Source of the DNA: an uncultured Planctomycetia bacterium
GTDB taxonomy: Bacteria > Omnitrophota > Gorgyraeia > Duberdicusellales > 4484-171
Length of the DNA: 64,000 bases
Reading direction: 5' to 3'
Assembly: GCA_964483625.1 (NCBI GenBank)
Contig: CAZABB010000001.1
Location: 3,222 to 67,221 of the forward strand
Shown: one piece after another, positions 19,839-30,622 of the stretch
How the letters are laid out: every line of letters starts with the position of its first letter
Numbering within the stretch: position 1 is the stretch's first letter
Notes under the pieces: model-generated
The model's input: the letters and a program-made list of their open reading frames with translations, nothing else
The model's database searches: none
What the model was told of the DNA's origin: nothing
Made by a program: the position numbers and the translations under genes

Positions 19839-20634
19839 AGCGTGGGCTTTCATCAAAAAAGATTTTCATATCCAGTCAAGTTACCGTATCTCTTTCCTTT
19901 TCGAATGGTTAGGCATCCTGATCCACGCGGCAACGTTCTATTTTGTGGCAAAGTTGTTCGAACAGAACCTGACGCCTTACCTGAAAGAATACCAGACCGG
20001 ATATTTCCCTTTTGTTCTTATCGGGATAGCCTTTTCCGGATACCTTTCTATTGCCATACGCAGTTTTTCGGGAAATATACGGCGGGAACAAATGATGGGC
20101 ACATTGGAAGCAATGATAACAACCCCCACCCGGCTGCCGATATTGATCGTTTCTCTCTCACTCTGGAACTTCATCTTTACCTCCATCAGCAGTTTTATTT
20201 ATCTGTCCTGCGGCGTACTGTTTTTTGACGTCGATTTAAGCCATATGAACATCGGAGCCACGCTGATTATTCTTCTGCTCACGATCGTCTCATTCAGCTG
20301 TATCGGGATAATTTCCGCTTCGTTTGTGATCGTGCTGAAAAAAGGCGACCCGGTCAGCTGGCTGACGGATACATTCGCTCGATTTTTCGGAGGAGCCCTC
20401 TTTCCCGTAATCATACTCCCGAAGGGATTACGGACGATTTCTTATTTTTTACCGATCACATATTCACTCAAAGCACTGCGCCATTCTCTGCTGCAGGGAT
20501 ATGGATTCAGCATGCTCCGTTTCGAAATCGGGATACTGCTGGCATTCTGTATTATTCTTGGTCCCCTCAGCCTATGGACATTTCGCGGCGCGGTCAGGAA
20601 AGCGAAAAATACGGGAAGCCTGGCCCATTATTGA
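19810..20634 (+). CDS. ABC-2 type transporter permease
   Basis: About six TM helices, REQMMGTLE, GALFP..ILP, LPITY..ALR motifs; coupled to ATPase. Confidence 0.9.
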   Translation: MNRTETFLRKAWAFIKKDFHIQSSYRISFLFEWLGILIHAATFYFVAKLFEQNLTPYLKEYQTGYFPFVLIGIAFSGYLSIAIRSFSGNIRREQMMGTLEAMITTPTRLPILIVSLSLWNFIFTSISSFIYLSCGVLFFDVDLSHMNIGATLIILLLTIVSFSCIGIISASFVIVLKKGDPVSWLTDTFARFFGGALFPVIILPKGLRTISYFLPITYSLKALRHSLLQGYGFSMLRFEIGILLAFCIILGPLSLWTFRGAVRKAKNTGSLAHY

Positions 20635-20679
20635 TATATCCTGCGGCGGCCGGGTATCGCGCATATATCGAGTTGTACA

Positions 20680-21738
20680 ATGTTATTAAGTCGTATTCAC
20701 CGGTATCTACCCAACATCTTCGGGTTCCTCCCCACGAGCATCAAACTCCGCCTTACCTATCGATGCAATCTTACATGTATCATGTGTCCGGTCTGGAAAA
20801 CTCCCGGCTGGAAGCCCGATGCAGATAAAGAGACGACCTTTTCCGAACTCTCGGCAATCGTCAAAGATATTATGGCTTCGTATCAAAAAATTCCCTATCG
20901 CCCCTACGTTTCTCTCTCGGGGGGGGAACCCTTCCTGAGAAGTGATATCATCGAAATCAGTCGTTTCCTCGATGACAGCGATATCCCGGGCTTCTGCATA
21001 AACTCCAACGGAACACAGATAAAAAACGACCAGATCTCGGCTTTACGTAATCTAAGAAAACTTCATATCAACATATCACTCTTAGGCCCGGAACATGTCC
21101 ACGACCGGATAACCGGCAAAAAAGGATCATTCCAGCAAACTCTGACGACAATAAAAAAACTGCGGGAAAACAATTTCAAAGTTACCCTTCAGACAACGAT
21201 CACATCGCTCAATCAAAGCCACCTTCTCGATATATGCAGCATCGCACAAGATCTCCACTGTGCCCTTTGTTATAATTTCGGTCAATTTTCCCGCCTGCAA
21301 GATCATATCCGCCAGAAAGAGATCACAAAAAAAGAATTTTCTGAAGAATTCTTGAATACCAGCTCTGTAGCCCGGACCTTTTTTCATATTAATCCCGACA
21401 TTCTGAAAGAGCAGGTAGCGGCCGTCCGGGAAAAAGCTCTTCGCTCCCGCATTCCCTGCCGCTTCATTCCCGATATCGGTCTCGATGAAATAGAAGATTA
21501 CTACCATGACGCGGCGTATCGCGTCGCAGCCACATGCCCTTATTTTTTTTCCGGGATAACGATTACTCCTTCGGGAGGATTGACACCCTGCGTCCTCCAT
21601 TACGAAATATGCAACGTAAAACACACCGGCTTCGCCGGATCGCTAGGGCATGAACGGTTCAGAAAACTGAGAGCATATATACGGAAGCACGGAATCTTTC
21701 CCGTCTGTCGTCATTGTGGATATCTTACAAAAACATAA
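20680..21738 (+). CDS. Radical SAM/twitch domain protein
   Basis: CNLTCIMC, SGGEPFLR, HDRITG; CPYF...PC...CRHC. Confidence 0.9.
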   Translation: MLLSRIHRYLPNIFGFLPTSIKLRLTYRCNLTCIMCPVWKTPGWKPDADKETTFSELSAIVKDIMASYQKIPYRPYVSLSGGEPFLRSDIIEISRFLDDSDIPGFCINSNGTQIKNDQISALRNLRKLHINISLLGPEHVHDRITGKKGSFQQTLTTIKKLRENNFKVTLQTTITSLNQSHLLDICSIAQDLHCALCYNFGQFSRLQDHIRQKEITKKEFSEEFLNTSSVARTFFHINPDILKEQVAAVREKALRSRIPCRFIPDIGLDEIEDYYHDAAYRVAATCPYFFSGITITPSGGLTPCVLHYEICNVKHTGFAGSLGHERFRKLRAYIRKHGIFPVCRHCGYLTKT

Positions 21739-21761
21739 CCGTGCGAAAAAGAAGATGCCTT

Positions 21762-23003
21762 ATGAACAAAATGAGTATCGCTATTATTAAATTCAACTAC
21801 CTTCCCTTGAGCGAGACTTTCATCTATGAGGGAATAGCAAGGCTTAAAAAATACCGTCCTGTAATCTTGTGTAAGGTAAAAGAAAATACCGGGGCGTTTG
21901 GATGCGAGACTCTCCATTCTCAATTCTCCTCTCATCCGTTCAGAAAGCTCTGCAACGATTCTCTCAAGGAACGATTTTTCAAAAATACCTGTTTCAACGT
22001 TCTTTTCGGCAACCTTTCTTTTTTTGAAAAATATATCGACCAATACCGTATCCGGCTTCTACACGCCATGTTTCCTCACGAAGGGATTTATACTCTTCCT
22101 TTAAAACGGAAATACGGAATACCGTTGGTCGTATCTTTCCACGGAGGATACTCAAGCTCCGTATCTCCATTTATACATAAGCCATGGTTTGAAAAGCTAT
22201 TCGCTGCCGCAGATCTCTGTACGGTCCCTTCACGCTATACGCAGAACACGCTCGAAAGAGCCGGATGCCCTCCGGAAAAAATACGAATCCATCACTGTGG
22301 AGTAGATATAACAAAAATTCCCTTCAAACCGAGAATATACCGTAATTCAAACGAACCGGTACGCTTTCTTACCGTAGGAAGAATCGTAGAAAAAAAGGGG
22401 CTTGCCGATATAATCGAAGCGTTCTCTCTTTCACACAGAAAACACAGGAATATCCGTCTGGACATTATCGGAGACAGCGCTCCTTACTGCCAGAGAGCAG
22501 GGAAGAATATCCTGAAAAGAATAGGGTTGATTTCGTACGCAGAAGGAAATCCCCTGTATAAAGAAAAAGTAAAAGCAATGGTACAACAGCTAGGTATTGC
22601 TCATGCCGTTCATTTCCACGGAGCCCTGCGGCACCGCGAAGTAATCAAAAAACTCTCGGAGGCGCATATCTTCCTCTTGTCCAGTCACCGTTCCTGCGAT
22701 GGAGATGAAGAATCTCTTCCCGTGGCTCTCCTGGAAGCTCAGGCTAACGGCATGCCGGTTATCGCGACGGATCACGCCGGAATATCCGAGGGTGTGCGGA
22801 GAAATCGGTCGGCGTACCTTGTTGCCGAAAGAAATCCTGCAGAACTCAGCAACAGAATCAATCATTTGATCGAACATCCTTACCTATGGCCGCAGATAGG
22901 AACGGCCGGCCGGGAATATGTTTCGCGAAATTTTCATATAGGCGATTTGACCGAAAAAATAGAAAGCATATATGGCACTCTCATCCAACGATACAATCAT
23001 TGA
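21762..23003 (+). CDS. Glycosyltransferase family 4 (WcaL-like)
   Basis: PLSETFI, VSFHG, TVGRIVEKKG, DGDEESLPVALLEAQA.G.PVIATDHAGISE. Confidence 0.92.
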   Translation: MNKMSIAIIKFNYLPLSETFIYEGIARLKKYRPVILCKVKENTGAFGCETLHSQFSSHPFRKLCNDSLKERFFKNTCFNVLFGNLSFFEKYIDQYRIRLLHAMFPHEGIYTLPLKRKYGIPLVVSFHGGYSSSVSPFIHKPWFEKLFAAADLCTVPSRYTQNTLERAGCPPEKIRIHHCGVDITKIPFKPRIYRNSNEPVRFLTVGRIVEKKGLADIIEAFSLSHRKHRNIRLDIIGDSAPYCQRAGKNILKRIGLISYAEGNPLYKEKVKAMVQQLGIAHAVHFHGALRHREVIKKLSEAHIFLLSSHRSCDGDEESLPVALLEAQANGMPVIATDHAGISEGVRRNRSAYLVAERNPAELSNRINHLIEHPYLWPQIGTAGREYVSRNFHIGDLTEKIESIYGTLIQRYNH

Positions 23004-23007
23004 AAAA

Positions 23008-23889
23008 ATGATCTCGGTTATTATCCCCACACACAATAGGAAAAACTTGCTCAAACAATGCGTGCGAAGCGTCCTCCGGCAGGACTTCCCTTCCCATGGA
23101 TATGAAATCATCGTAATTGATGACGGTTCCCGGGACGATACGGAAGTTTTTCTTAAAAAAGCCAGCCGGCACATAAAGAATCTTTCTTACCATCGTAATC
23201 CGGTCAATCAAGGGCGGTCTTCGGCCCGAAACAAGGGCATCGACCTGGCACGAGGAGAAATCATTGCTTTCACCGACGATGATTGCGTTCTTCCCCGCGA
23301 GTGGCTGTCCGGCATTATACAAACGTTCCAGCGCCACCCCGATGCCGCAGCCGTGGGAGGCAGTATTATAAACCCGAGCCTGTCGCCGGCAAGCTGGGCG
23401 GAGTACATTTTGATCTTTTCGGCATGGTTTCCCGTCGGCAGGGAACGCTCGGTACGAAACATCCCCACGTGTAACGTCGCCTATCGTAAAATCTGCATAG
23501 AGGGATTGCTGTTTTCCTTAGAAGGAAAGAACTTGAATTATCGTGATACGCTTTTAAATTTTACACTTTCAAAAAAAGGTGGTAGATTAATATTTAACCC
23601 CCGTCTGCCTGTGTACCACTATCGCTGGCATGCGACTTATTCCTTCAACGATTTTCTTGAAACCCAGCGCAAACAGGCCCGCGGATTTATCTGGGAAGGG
23701 TATGAATTCCACGGAAGAGCGGGGAAACTGTTGATACGGTTTCGTTTCCTTAATTTTTTATATCCGGCCTTAATCTTTGCCTTGGTGAGATGTTTGCGTC
23801 GTAAAAAGTATACCTTAATGTTTTTTAAGACCTGTATTCTTATGCTCAAAGGTGAACAGGAAAAGGCCAGAATAATATCGTCATGGTAG
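23008..23889 (+). CDS. Glycosyltransferase family 2
   Basis: ISVIIPTHNR, IDDGSRD, ARNKG, FTDDD. Confidence 0.92.
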   Translation: MISVIIPTHNRKNLLKQCVRSVLRQDFPSHGYEIIVIDDGSRDDTEVFLKKASRHIKNLSYHRNPVNQGRSSARNKGIDLARGEIIAFTDDDCVLPREWLSGIIQTFQRHPDAAAVGGSIINPSLSPASWAEYILIFSAWFPVGRERSVRNIPTCNVAYRKICIEGLLFSLEGKNLNYRDTLLNFTLSKKGGRLIFNPRLPVYHYRWHATYSFNDFLETQRKQARGFIWEGYEFHGRAGKLLIRFRFLNFLYPALIFALVRCLRRKKYTLMFFKTCILMLKGEQEKARIISSW

Positions 23890-24797
23890 CGCAAGGTAAA
23901 AATACCGTCCGGGTTTCAATCATTATTCCCCTGTTCAATGGCGAAAACACCATTGAAGAATGTATGTCTTCTCTACGTTCCTTACAGTATCCGCATCCGT
24001 ACGAAATCATCATTATAGATAATAATTCCAGCGACAGGTCGGTGGAGAAAATCAAACCGTATGTGAATGGACATACCGTCCGGCTATATTCGGAAAGAAA
24101 ACAGGGATCCTATGCGGCGCGCAACAAAGGCATCCGGCTGGCTCGCGGCGCATTCATCGCTTTTACCGACGCCGATTGCATTGTGCAAAAAGACTGGCTC
24201 ACCAATATCACCAAAAGACTGGAAGAACATACGGTAGGAGGGGTGGGAGGAAAAATCGTACCATACCGGCCCGAAACGGACCTGGAACGGTTTGGTGACA
24301 AGTACATATTCAACGAAGAAAAGAAACCATTTCCTTACCTCGGTACCGGAAACTGCGTTTTTCGCAAAGATGTCCTGTGGGAACTGCACTTATTTGACGA
24401 ACGATTTCTCTCGGGAGGCGACGTCGATCTCAGTTTAAGGATTCAGAAACAGGGGTATCGATTATTGTATCAGCCCGACGCGGTAATTTGCCATAAACAC
24501 CGGACATCCCTGAAAGCCTTTTTCTGTCAATATTATACGTACGGTAAAGGGTGGAAGATATTGAGAGGGAAATGGGGAACTCAGAGCTCATTATTTCGTA
24601 ATGTCCACGGATATCGCAAAGGCATGTATGCGCTCTATCATGTCTTACATTTTTTACTGTTATATCCCTATCTTCACCTGAGGCGAAAAAAGGTTACGTG
24701 GGAAGATAGAATGAATGTATTTTCCCAACTTTACCTGGCGATACAGGATGGAGCATTTTTTCTGGGATACACGTATATTCCCGTATCCCGTCCGTAA
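23883..24797 (+). CDS. Glycosyltransferase family 2
   Basis: SIIIPLFN, IDNNSSD, AARNKG, FTDAD, FDERF.SGGDVDLS. Confidence 0.92.
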   Translation: MVAQGKNTVRVSIIIPLFNGENTIEECMSSLRSLQYPHPYEIIIIDNNSSDRSVEKIKPYVNGHTVRLYSERKQGSYAARNKGIRLARGAFIAFTDADCIVQKDWLTNITKRLEEHTVGGVGGKIVPYRPETDLERFGDKYIFNEEKKPFPYLGTGNCVFRKDVLWELHLFDERFLSGGDVDLSLRIQKQGYRLLYQPDAVICHKHRTSLKAFFCQYYTYGKGWKILRGKWGTQSSLFRNVHGYRKGMYALYHVLHFLLLYPYLHLRRKKVTWEDRMNVFSQLYLAIQDGAFFLGYTYIPVSRP

Positions 24798-24804
24798 AAC
24801 CCTG

Positions 24805-25914
24805 ATGATGAAGAACTATCGCCACATGATCCAGCGCATAAAAATCATCGGAGGAATTCTCAATTCACGCATTCCCTTTACCGGACCGATGGCCTGCATG
24901 ATCGCTCTTACCGATGCGTGTAATATCCAATGTTCTTTCTGTCCGGTCCATTCAAGTTTTCTGACCGAAGAGCGAAAGAATAAGTTTAGGGATTCATTTG
25001 GCCTGGAGGAATTAAAATCACTCCTGCGTCAGTTAAGAGATCTTCACGTATGTAAATTATTTTTTGCCGGGCGGGGAGAACCGTTTTCCTATCCTTACAT
25101 AAGAGAAACTCTGGATTATTGTCGGCATCTGGGCTTAGAGACCAATTTTACTACCAATGGGACATTGATTGACTCTTCTCTAATGCAGGATCTTATTCGG
25201 CTGGGAGTAAAAGAATTGAATGTGAGCATATGCGCAGGGAGTCCGGAACATTATGTACGGGTCCATCCTCATACCAGCGAAGAAACATTCTTGCGCATAA
25301 AAGGATGGCTGCATGACAGCCTAAGGTTCAAACGACGCCCCCGCATCGTCATTACGAATATTATATGCAACAAGAATAGCGATGATATCGAGAACATGGT
25401 TCGACTTGCCAAAGAAGCAAGGGCCCAGGAAGTACGGTTTGAACCGGTTCAGCTATTCGACTACATCAAAGAAGACCTGCGATTATCGCCGCCGCAAAAG
25501 TCAACCCTTTTAGCATCATCACCGCGCATTTCCACCCTTCTGAGAACATACCGGTTAAAAAGCAACTTCTCCGACATGTTAAAAAGACTAACCCATGACG
25601 TGCGGGGAGAAGGAAGATACAATTATCTGGCGGGAAAAATATCGTGTTACCAGGGATGGTTAACGTGTGGGATATTAGCATCGGGAGACGTCATATTTTG
25701 CTGTGAATCAACCCGCCACATCATCGGAAACATCTACCGGTCTCCCTTTAAGGAAATATGGTTCTCAGCCGAATATAACACATTGCGACACAAAGCGCTC
25801 ACTCAGGGCTGCATCTATCCGGACAAACGGCAAACAAGCTGTTTTTACGCACTACAAAATTTAATGCTGCACAGATGTCTCCGCGTGCCGGAAGCCGTAC
25901 GAAAAAATGTTTGA
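24805..25914 (+). CDS. Radical SAM/twitch domain protein
   Basis: CNIQCSFC, GRGEP, TTNG; CYQGW...FCC...GNI...IW...C..C. Confidence 0.9.
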   Translation: MMKNYRHMIQRIKIIGGILNSRIPFTGPMACMIALTDACNIQCSFCPVHSSFLTEERKNKFRDSFGLEELKSLLRQLRDLHVCKLFFAGRGEPFSYPYIRETLDYCRHLGLETNFTTNGTLIDSSLMQDLIRLGVKELNVSICAGSPEHYVRVHPHTSEETFLRIKGWLHDSLRFKRRPRIVITNIICNKNSDDIENMVRLAKEARAQEVRFEPVQLFDYIKEDLRLSPPQKSTLLASSPRISTLLRTYRLKSNFSDMLKRLTHDVRGEGRYNYLAGKISCYQGWLTCGILASGDVIFCCESTRHIIGNIYRSPFKEIWFSAEYNTLRHKALTQGCIYPDKRQTSCFYALQNLMLHRCLRVPEAVRKNV

Positions 25915-26680
25915 TTGGATACCACGGCCTTTTATAACGAAAATCGATAAAAGCAATTTTATCGTTCCGGCAATTTCATACCATGAAATTTCGCTACGGG
26001 CCGTCTCTTCTCCCTGGGTAACCTCTCTTTCTTCATTCAAAGAACAGATGTATTACCTGAAGAGCATGAAAGTCCATACACTTTCGGTATCTCAATTTTA
26101 TCGTTACTTCACACACTCTTTACCTATCCCCCCTCTTTCGCTAATCATTACCTTTGACGACGGCTGGAAAGGACAATATGATTACGCCTTTCCTCTCCTA
26201 GGGGAACTTCGTTTTAATGCCACTTTTTACATCCCGTCGGGATGCATCGAAAAGAATTTCCGCGTGGCGGAATATGGTGAAGGCATTATGAATTGGGAAC
26301 ATATCCTTGAACTATCCCGCCAGGGGTTCGATATCCAGGCCCATTCTTCATCGCATCGGAACCTGACTTCTCTATCCAGGGAGGAATTAGAAAAAGAAAC
26401 CTCCGGCGCCGGACAGGTAATCGAGCAGAAAACTCACAAAAAAGTCGTTCATTTTGCTTGTCCGTATGACGCCGACGACGAGAATCTTGAATTAACACTG
26501 GTCCGTCATGGCTACGAAACCATCGCGTCACCGCCGTTTCCTACATACCGCCCCCCTTCCGATCTTTTGAGAATAACCCGATACCATATCCGTTCCGGCA
26601 GAGGAATGAACACGCTCAAAAATCTGATTTCCTATGCGAGACAGCGACGCTTCGGTAACATCAGGCATGCTGCCGGATAA
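25907..26680 (+). CDS. Polysaccharide deacetylase (CE4, IcaB/PgaB-like)
   Basis: YHEI, ITFDDGW, ATFY, AHSSSH, FACPY. Confidence 0.9.
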   Translation: MFDWIPRPFITKIDKSNFIVPAISYHEISLRAVSSPWVTSLSSFKEQMYYLKSMKVHTLSVSQFYRYFTHSLPIPPLSLIITFDDGWKGQYDYAFPLLGELRFNATFYIPSGCIEKNFRVAEYGEGIMNWEHILELSRQGFDIQAHSSSHRNLTSLSREELEKETSGAGQVIEQKTHKKVVHFACPYDADDENLELTLVRHGYETIASPPFPTYRPPSDLLRITRYHIRSGRGMNTLKNLISYARQRRFGNIRHAAG

Positions 26681-26705
26681 AACAATCGGGGAGATAACGA
26701 TTTTC

Positions 26706-27806
26706 TCACTGTAAACGCAGCGTCGTACTCAAACTGACGGGACACCGGCGACAATAATTCATTCTTCTTTTACGGAAATGACGGAAGCGCGCCGAATGCC
26801 AAATGGTATCCAAGTCTTCATCAAATAAATTGCCGAGAACCGGATGTTGTGTGAAATCAACGGCCGGACAAGGAGCAACGTCTCCATTCTTTAAAATCAA
26901 CGCAAAGGAGCAGGGGAGGTCACAGAATAGAGAAGGCTCTATATGCTGTAAATACACACCTCGGGAAAAACTTTCGGGAGAACTCAGGCGGAAATCGTAT
27001 ATATTTTTAATCTTCTTGGTATTAAACTTCCTGTCCCGCGGCTTTATCCCGGGAAAATCCCGGAGACAAACATGAATCTGTTCGCTTATATGCGTACGAA
27101 AATGCCGGATTTGCTGCATATCGAGAAGGAAACGATCTTGTCCAAAATCGTATTCAATATAATCGATATCCAGAGAATCACAGCCCAGCGTTTTCGCCAG
27201 CGTAATCATCCCGGGGACATCCTGAAAGGTATACCGGGAGAGGATCATCCGTATGCCGACTTCGATATTTTGCCCCGGAAGCCTCTTCAACCGAACCAGA
27301 GCCTTGATGCCATGCACAGCTTTATCATACAACCCCACACATCTTCGCAGATCATCGTGGATATCCCTATGAGGGCTATCGATAGAGACAATAAACCGAT
27401 CCACACCTTTTTCCACTAAACACTGCGCCAAAACCTCATCAAGTAAACCGCCGTTGGTATTGAGCGTAACGTCCATGGCTCGCTCCTTTATTTCCTCTAC
27501 TATGACGGAAAGCTTTTCGTACAACAACGGCTCGCCGCCGCTTAGAATAACTTCTTTACACTTCAAGCGTACTAACGCATCAAATAACTTAACATAATCA
27601 TTAATCTCCATTTTCCTGTCCGCATTCTTACTGCGATAATGCTCTCTTCGTGCCGTACACGCCCCGCAACGGGCAAAACAATTCTCCTCTATTTTTAAAA
27701 CGACCCTTTTTAACTTCGATTGACAACACTTCCATTTCACATTCGTTATCTTAGAATGAGAGAAAAGAACGCGCATTGTATGCAGACGAGATAGGATACT
27801 GTTCAT
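26706..27806 (-). CDS. Radical SAM/twitch domain protein
   Basis: CFARCGAC, SGGEPLL, NTNG, SIDS...HDDLR; CDLP...PCP...GNL...CRRC. Confidence 0.9.
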   Translation of the reverse strand: MNSILSRLHTMRVLFSHSKITNVKWKCCQSKLKRVVLKIEENCFARCGACTARREHYRSKNADRKMEINDYVKLFDALVRLKCKEVILSGGEPLLYEKLSVIVEEIKERAMDVTLNTNGGLLDEVLAQCLVEKGVDRFIVSIDSPHRDIHDDLRRCVGLYDKAVHGIKALVRLKRLPGQNIEVGIRMILSRYTFQDVPGMITLAKTLGCDSLDIDYIEYDFGQDRFLLDMQQIRHFRTHISEQIHVCLRDFPGIKPRDRKFNTKKIKNIYDFRLSSPESFSRGVYLQHIEPSLFCDLPCSFALILKNGDVAPCPAVDFTQHPVLGNLFDEDLDTIWHSARFRHFRKRRMNYCRRCPVSLSTTLRLQ

Positions 27807-28837
27807 AATCTATGGTCGTGGGGTTTTTTCCATCTTTCAGGCATATACCGTATTTTTTGCCACAGCACATGGACGCCACAGAATAGGAATCCCAATCCAT
27901 AACTGATATGTGTGAGGGGGAAAAGAAAAATGAGCAAAGGGGTCACTACTACGTCCTTTTTTTCCCATGTAATTGCCGCAGTGAATACCAGAAGAAATGC
28001 ACTATAGAGATAGAATGGAATAAGAAACCATACATTTCTATAAAAAGGAAGAAAGACGGCATATCCGACGAACAGGCTTGGCAGAAAGAAGATGCCGGAA
28101 AAAATATCGGGCAGATATATCATGGTTTGAAACCTTCCCTTTCCGTACCTGTATATTTGCGAACAATAGGCTGCTATATTTGCCCGCCGACAATGATACA
28201 CGACGAGATGAGGAACAAAAAGGGCACGGAATCCTCTCTGATACAACTGGTGTAATAAAAGATTCTCCTCCGCACATACCAGATCTTCGTTGAAATAGAT
28301 GAGGGTACGTTCAAATACATCCATCCTTATCGCAAGATTGCATAATATTAAACTTCGCTCCGTTACCACTTTCTCCTGGCCGTATCCTTTATATCGCTGA
28401 CTCATTTGATATGTGCCGAAAAATGAGCTTAAAACGTACCCCTGACACTGCTGAAAACGACTGCTCACCGGTGGAGTTAGATTGGGGCCGCCGACAATAT
28501 GAATATCCGGGTGTTGTTCGAATTTTTCGATTAAGAGTTGTAACGTATCCACCCCAATCACCACATCGTCATCTATAAAGTAGGCAATCCGCCCTCTTGC
28601 CATTTTCAACGCCCGGTTTCGGGCGCAACCCTTTGTCGTTTCATGAAGAATATGGATATGTATATTCTTTTTCTCCCTGAAACGACGGGAAATACTCTGA
28701 AGTAACAATCTGTTGTTATTCACAAGCACAATCACTTCACAATCAGAAAACCGGGCCGCCTCGGTGATACTTTGCAAGCAAGTGTTGACAGAATTACTGT
28801 CTTTAGAAAAAGGGACGATTACCGAAATTACGCACAT
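27803..28837 (-). CDS. Glycosyltransferase family 2 with C-terminal TM helices
   Basis: ISVIVP, ARN, FIDDD, VGGP, CNLA, EE, YGKGR, HISYGLGF. Confidence 0.9.
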   Translation of the reverse strand: MCVISVIVPFSKDSNSVNTCLQSITEAARFSDCEVIVLVNNNRLLLQSISRRFREKKNIHIHILHETTKGCARNRALKMARGRIAYFIDDDVVIGVDTLQLLIEKFEQHPDIHIVGGPNLTPPVSSRFQQCQGYVLSSFFGTYQMSQRYKGYGQEKVVTERSLILCNLAIRMDVFERTLIYFNEDLVCAEENLLLHQLYQRGFRALFVPHLVVYHCRRANIAAYCSQIYRYGKGRFQTMIYLPDIFSGIFFLPSLFVGYAVFLPFYRNVWFLIPFYLYSAFLLVFTAAITWEKKDVVVTPLLIFLFPLTHISYGLGFLFCGVHVLWQKIRYMPERWKKPHDHRL

Positions 28838-28840
28838 AGA

Positions 28841-30622
28841 TTATTTTTTCCGGCCGTCCGAATTCAACAATACATACACAATGACTTTTATGCGGCCGAA
28901 ATCCTTTTTTTCCACTCGAGTAAAATGTGAATCGAAATATGCGAGAAAATCATGATTCTGCGCCCAGGATGTATATATAACATATATTTTTCTGGGTATA
29001 AGGATATTGCCAGCTGTTTCGAAATGATATTTTTCAAGAAAATTACGCAACGATGCAGTCCTGTCGGTATCATACACATCAGGATGCAATTCTCTGATGA
29101 AAGAATGAAGAGCTTCTTGCTTCACCGGAGAAAGCCATCGATCTAGATCCGAGTATAGGCGCCAGTTCCCGCCTATTTCCTGCTTCAGATCTTCTTCTGA
29201 AGCGAATTCGAACGAAATTGCCTCCAGTAAAGTGTATAGTTTCTCGAAGCCGAGGGTCCTGGTTTTTATTTCTTTTCGTGCCTTTTCGTTGAAATTATAC
29301 CATAAGGAACGCACCTGATTATCGGGAAATACGACTATTCGATCGCCGGAAGAGAGATGTTGATCGATCAAATATCCACTCACGGCTTTCCATGGCATTT
29401 TTGTCTGCCGGTGATAAATCTGGTTCAACGCCGGGATCATTAAAAGCATAATGCATAGAAGGATCCCGACAAAAAGACGGGAATTCTTTATGCCGTATAT
29501 ACCTCTGGCGATGAGGATATCAAACGCGGGGAGAACGATGAGAAAATGCCGGATGGTATGAATAGGAAATACCAATATTGAAAAACCGTATGCTGTTACG
29601 ATGGGAAACATAAGCCACAGGATGAGAAAAAATACGCTTCCCGGGTCGGTGAATAGGCTTTTTTTCCTCTTTTTCTGACTTTCGCAGTCATCCGGTACAG
29701 AAATGGATCCCGCCGGCTTCAGACTAGAGAGCAGACCAAAACCACCGATGATAAAGAAAATAAAGATGAGATAGTGCGGCAGGATAAGAGAAGAAAAATC
29801 CATAAGGAAATCCTCCCCTCCCCATCCATAATGTTGTCCTCCGTAAACAAAGGTTTTCCATAAATTCAGAAGAGTATGCTGACGGATCCCTCCCTCCATA
29901 TTCATCCATGACAATATCCCCTTGATACGATCAAAATTGCAGAAAGTGAAAACAAGATATGGAAGACAGGGGAAGACAACACCAATATTGACGAGGATCC
30001 ATCTGAGCCGATACCGCCGTATTTTAAAAATAAAGAATATATTTAAAAAAGCCAGAATAAAAAATCCATAGAAATGGGCATTGAGAAGAAGAAAAGCACA
30101 AAGAGAAAAATAAATATAATCCCGCCAAAGGTGGCCGTCCTGCACGATTCGTAAAAAGAATAAAGCCGTAAGCAGAGTCAGAAAGGTCGCAAATACGAAC
30201 GCCCCGATTTCCTGGGAGTAAAAAATATGGAAGGGGGATATAGCGAGCAAAAAAGCACTGAGTATCCCCGTTTTCTCCCCGTAAAGCCGACGGGCCACAC
30301 AGTATATGAGAAATAAAGAAAACGTGCCGTAGAGGACGGAAGATATCCGCAGCGCCACGATGTTTTCTCCCCAGAAATTGATCCAGATTCTTAAAAAATT
30401 CTTATATAAAGGAGGGAAGGTGTCCCAAGCAAAAAAATACTCAAAAACATCGGGAATGCTCCGAGTCGCTCTCCATATAAGGCTGGCTTCATCGTACCAG
30501 ACACTTTCACTGCCCAGAGCATACGTACGTAAGAGGAATCCCCCGCATAGAATCCCCGCAAGAAAAAGGAACTTACGCAGGGAGAGAGATGAATTTTTTT
30601 TCAAATTTTCGCATTTCATCAT
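28841..30622 (-). CDS. GT-C fold glycosyltransferase (ArnT/PMT-like), paralog of 11191-12783
   Basis: VWYDEA, PPLY, LRISSVLYG, LLAISPFHIFYSQE; multi-TM. Confidence 0.87.
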   Translation of the reverse strand: MMKCENLKKNSSLSLRKFLFLAGILCGGFLLRTYALGSESVWYDEASLIWRATRSIPDVFEYFFAWDTFPPLYKNFLRIWINFWGENIVALRISSVLYGTFSLFLIYCVARRLYGEKTGILSAFLLAISPFHIFYSQEIGAFVFATFLTLLTALFFLRIVQDGHLWRDYIYFSLCAFLLLNAHFYGFFILAFLNIFFIFKIRRYRLRWILVNIGVVFPCLPYLVFTFCNFDRIKGILSWMNMEGGIRQHTLLNLWKTFVYGGQHYGWGGEDFLMDFSSLILPHYLIFIFFIIGGFGLLSSLKPAGSISVPDDCESQKKRKKSLFTDPGSVFFLILWLMFPIVTAYGFSILVFPIHTIRHFLIVLPAFDILIARGIYGIKNSRLFVGILLCIMLLMIPALNQIYHRQTKMPWKAVSGYLIDQHLSSGDRIVVFPDNQVRSLWYNFNEKARKEIKTRTLGFEKLYTLLEAISFEFASEEDLKQEIGGNWRLYSDLDRWLSPVKQEALHSFIRELHPDVYDTDRTASLRNFLEKYHFETAGNILIPRKIYVIYTSWAQNHDFLAYFDSHFTRVEKKDFGRIKVIVYVLLNSDGRKK

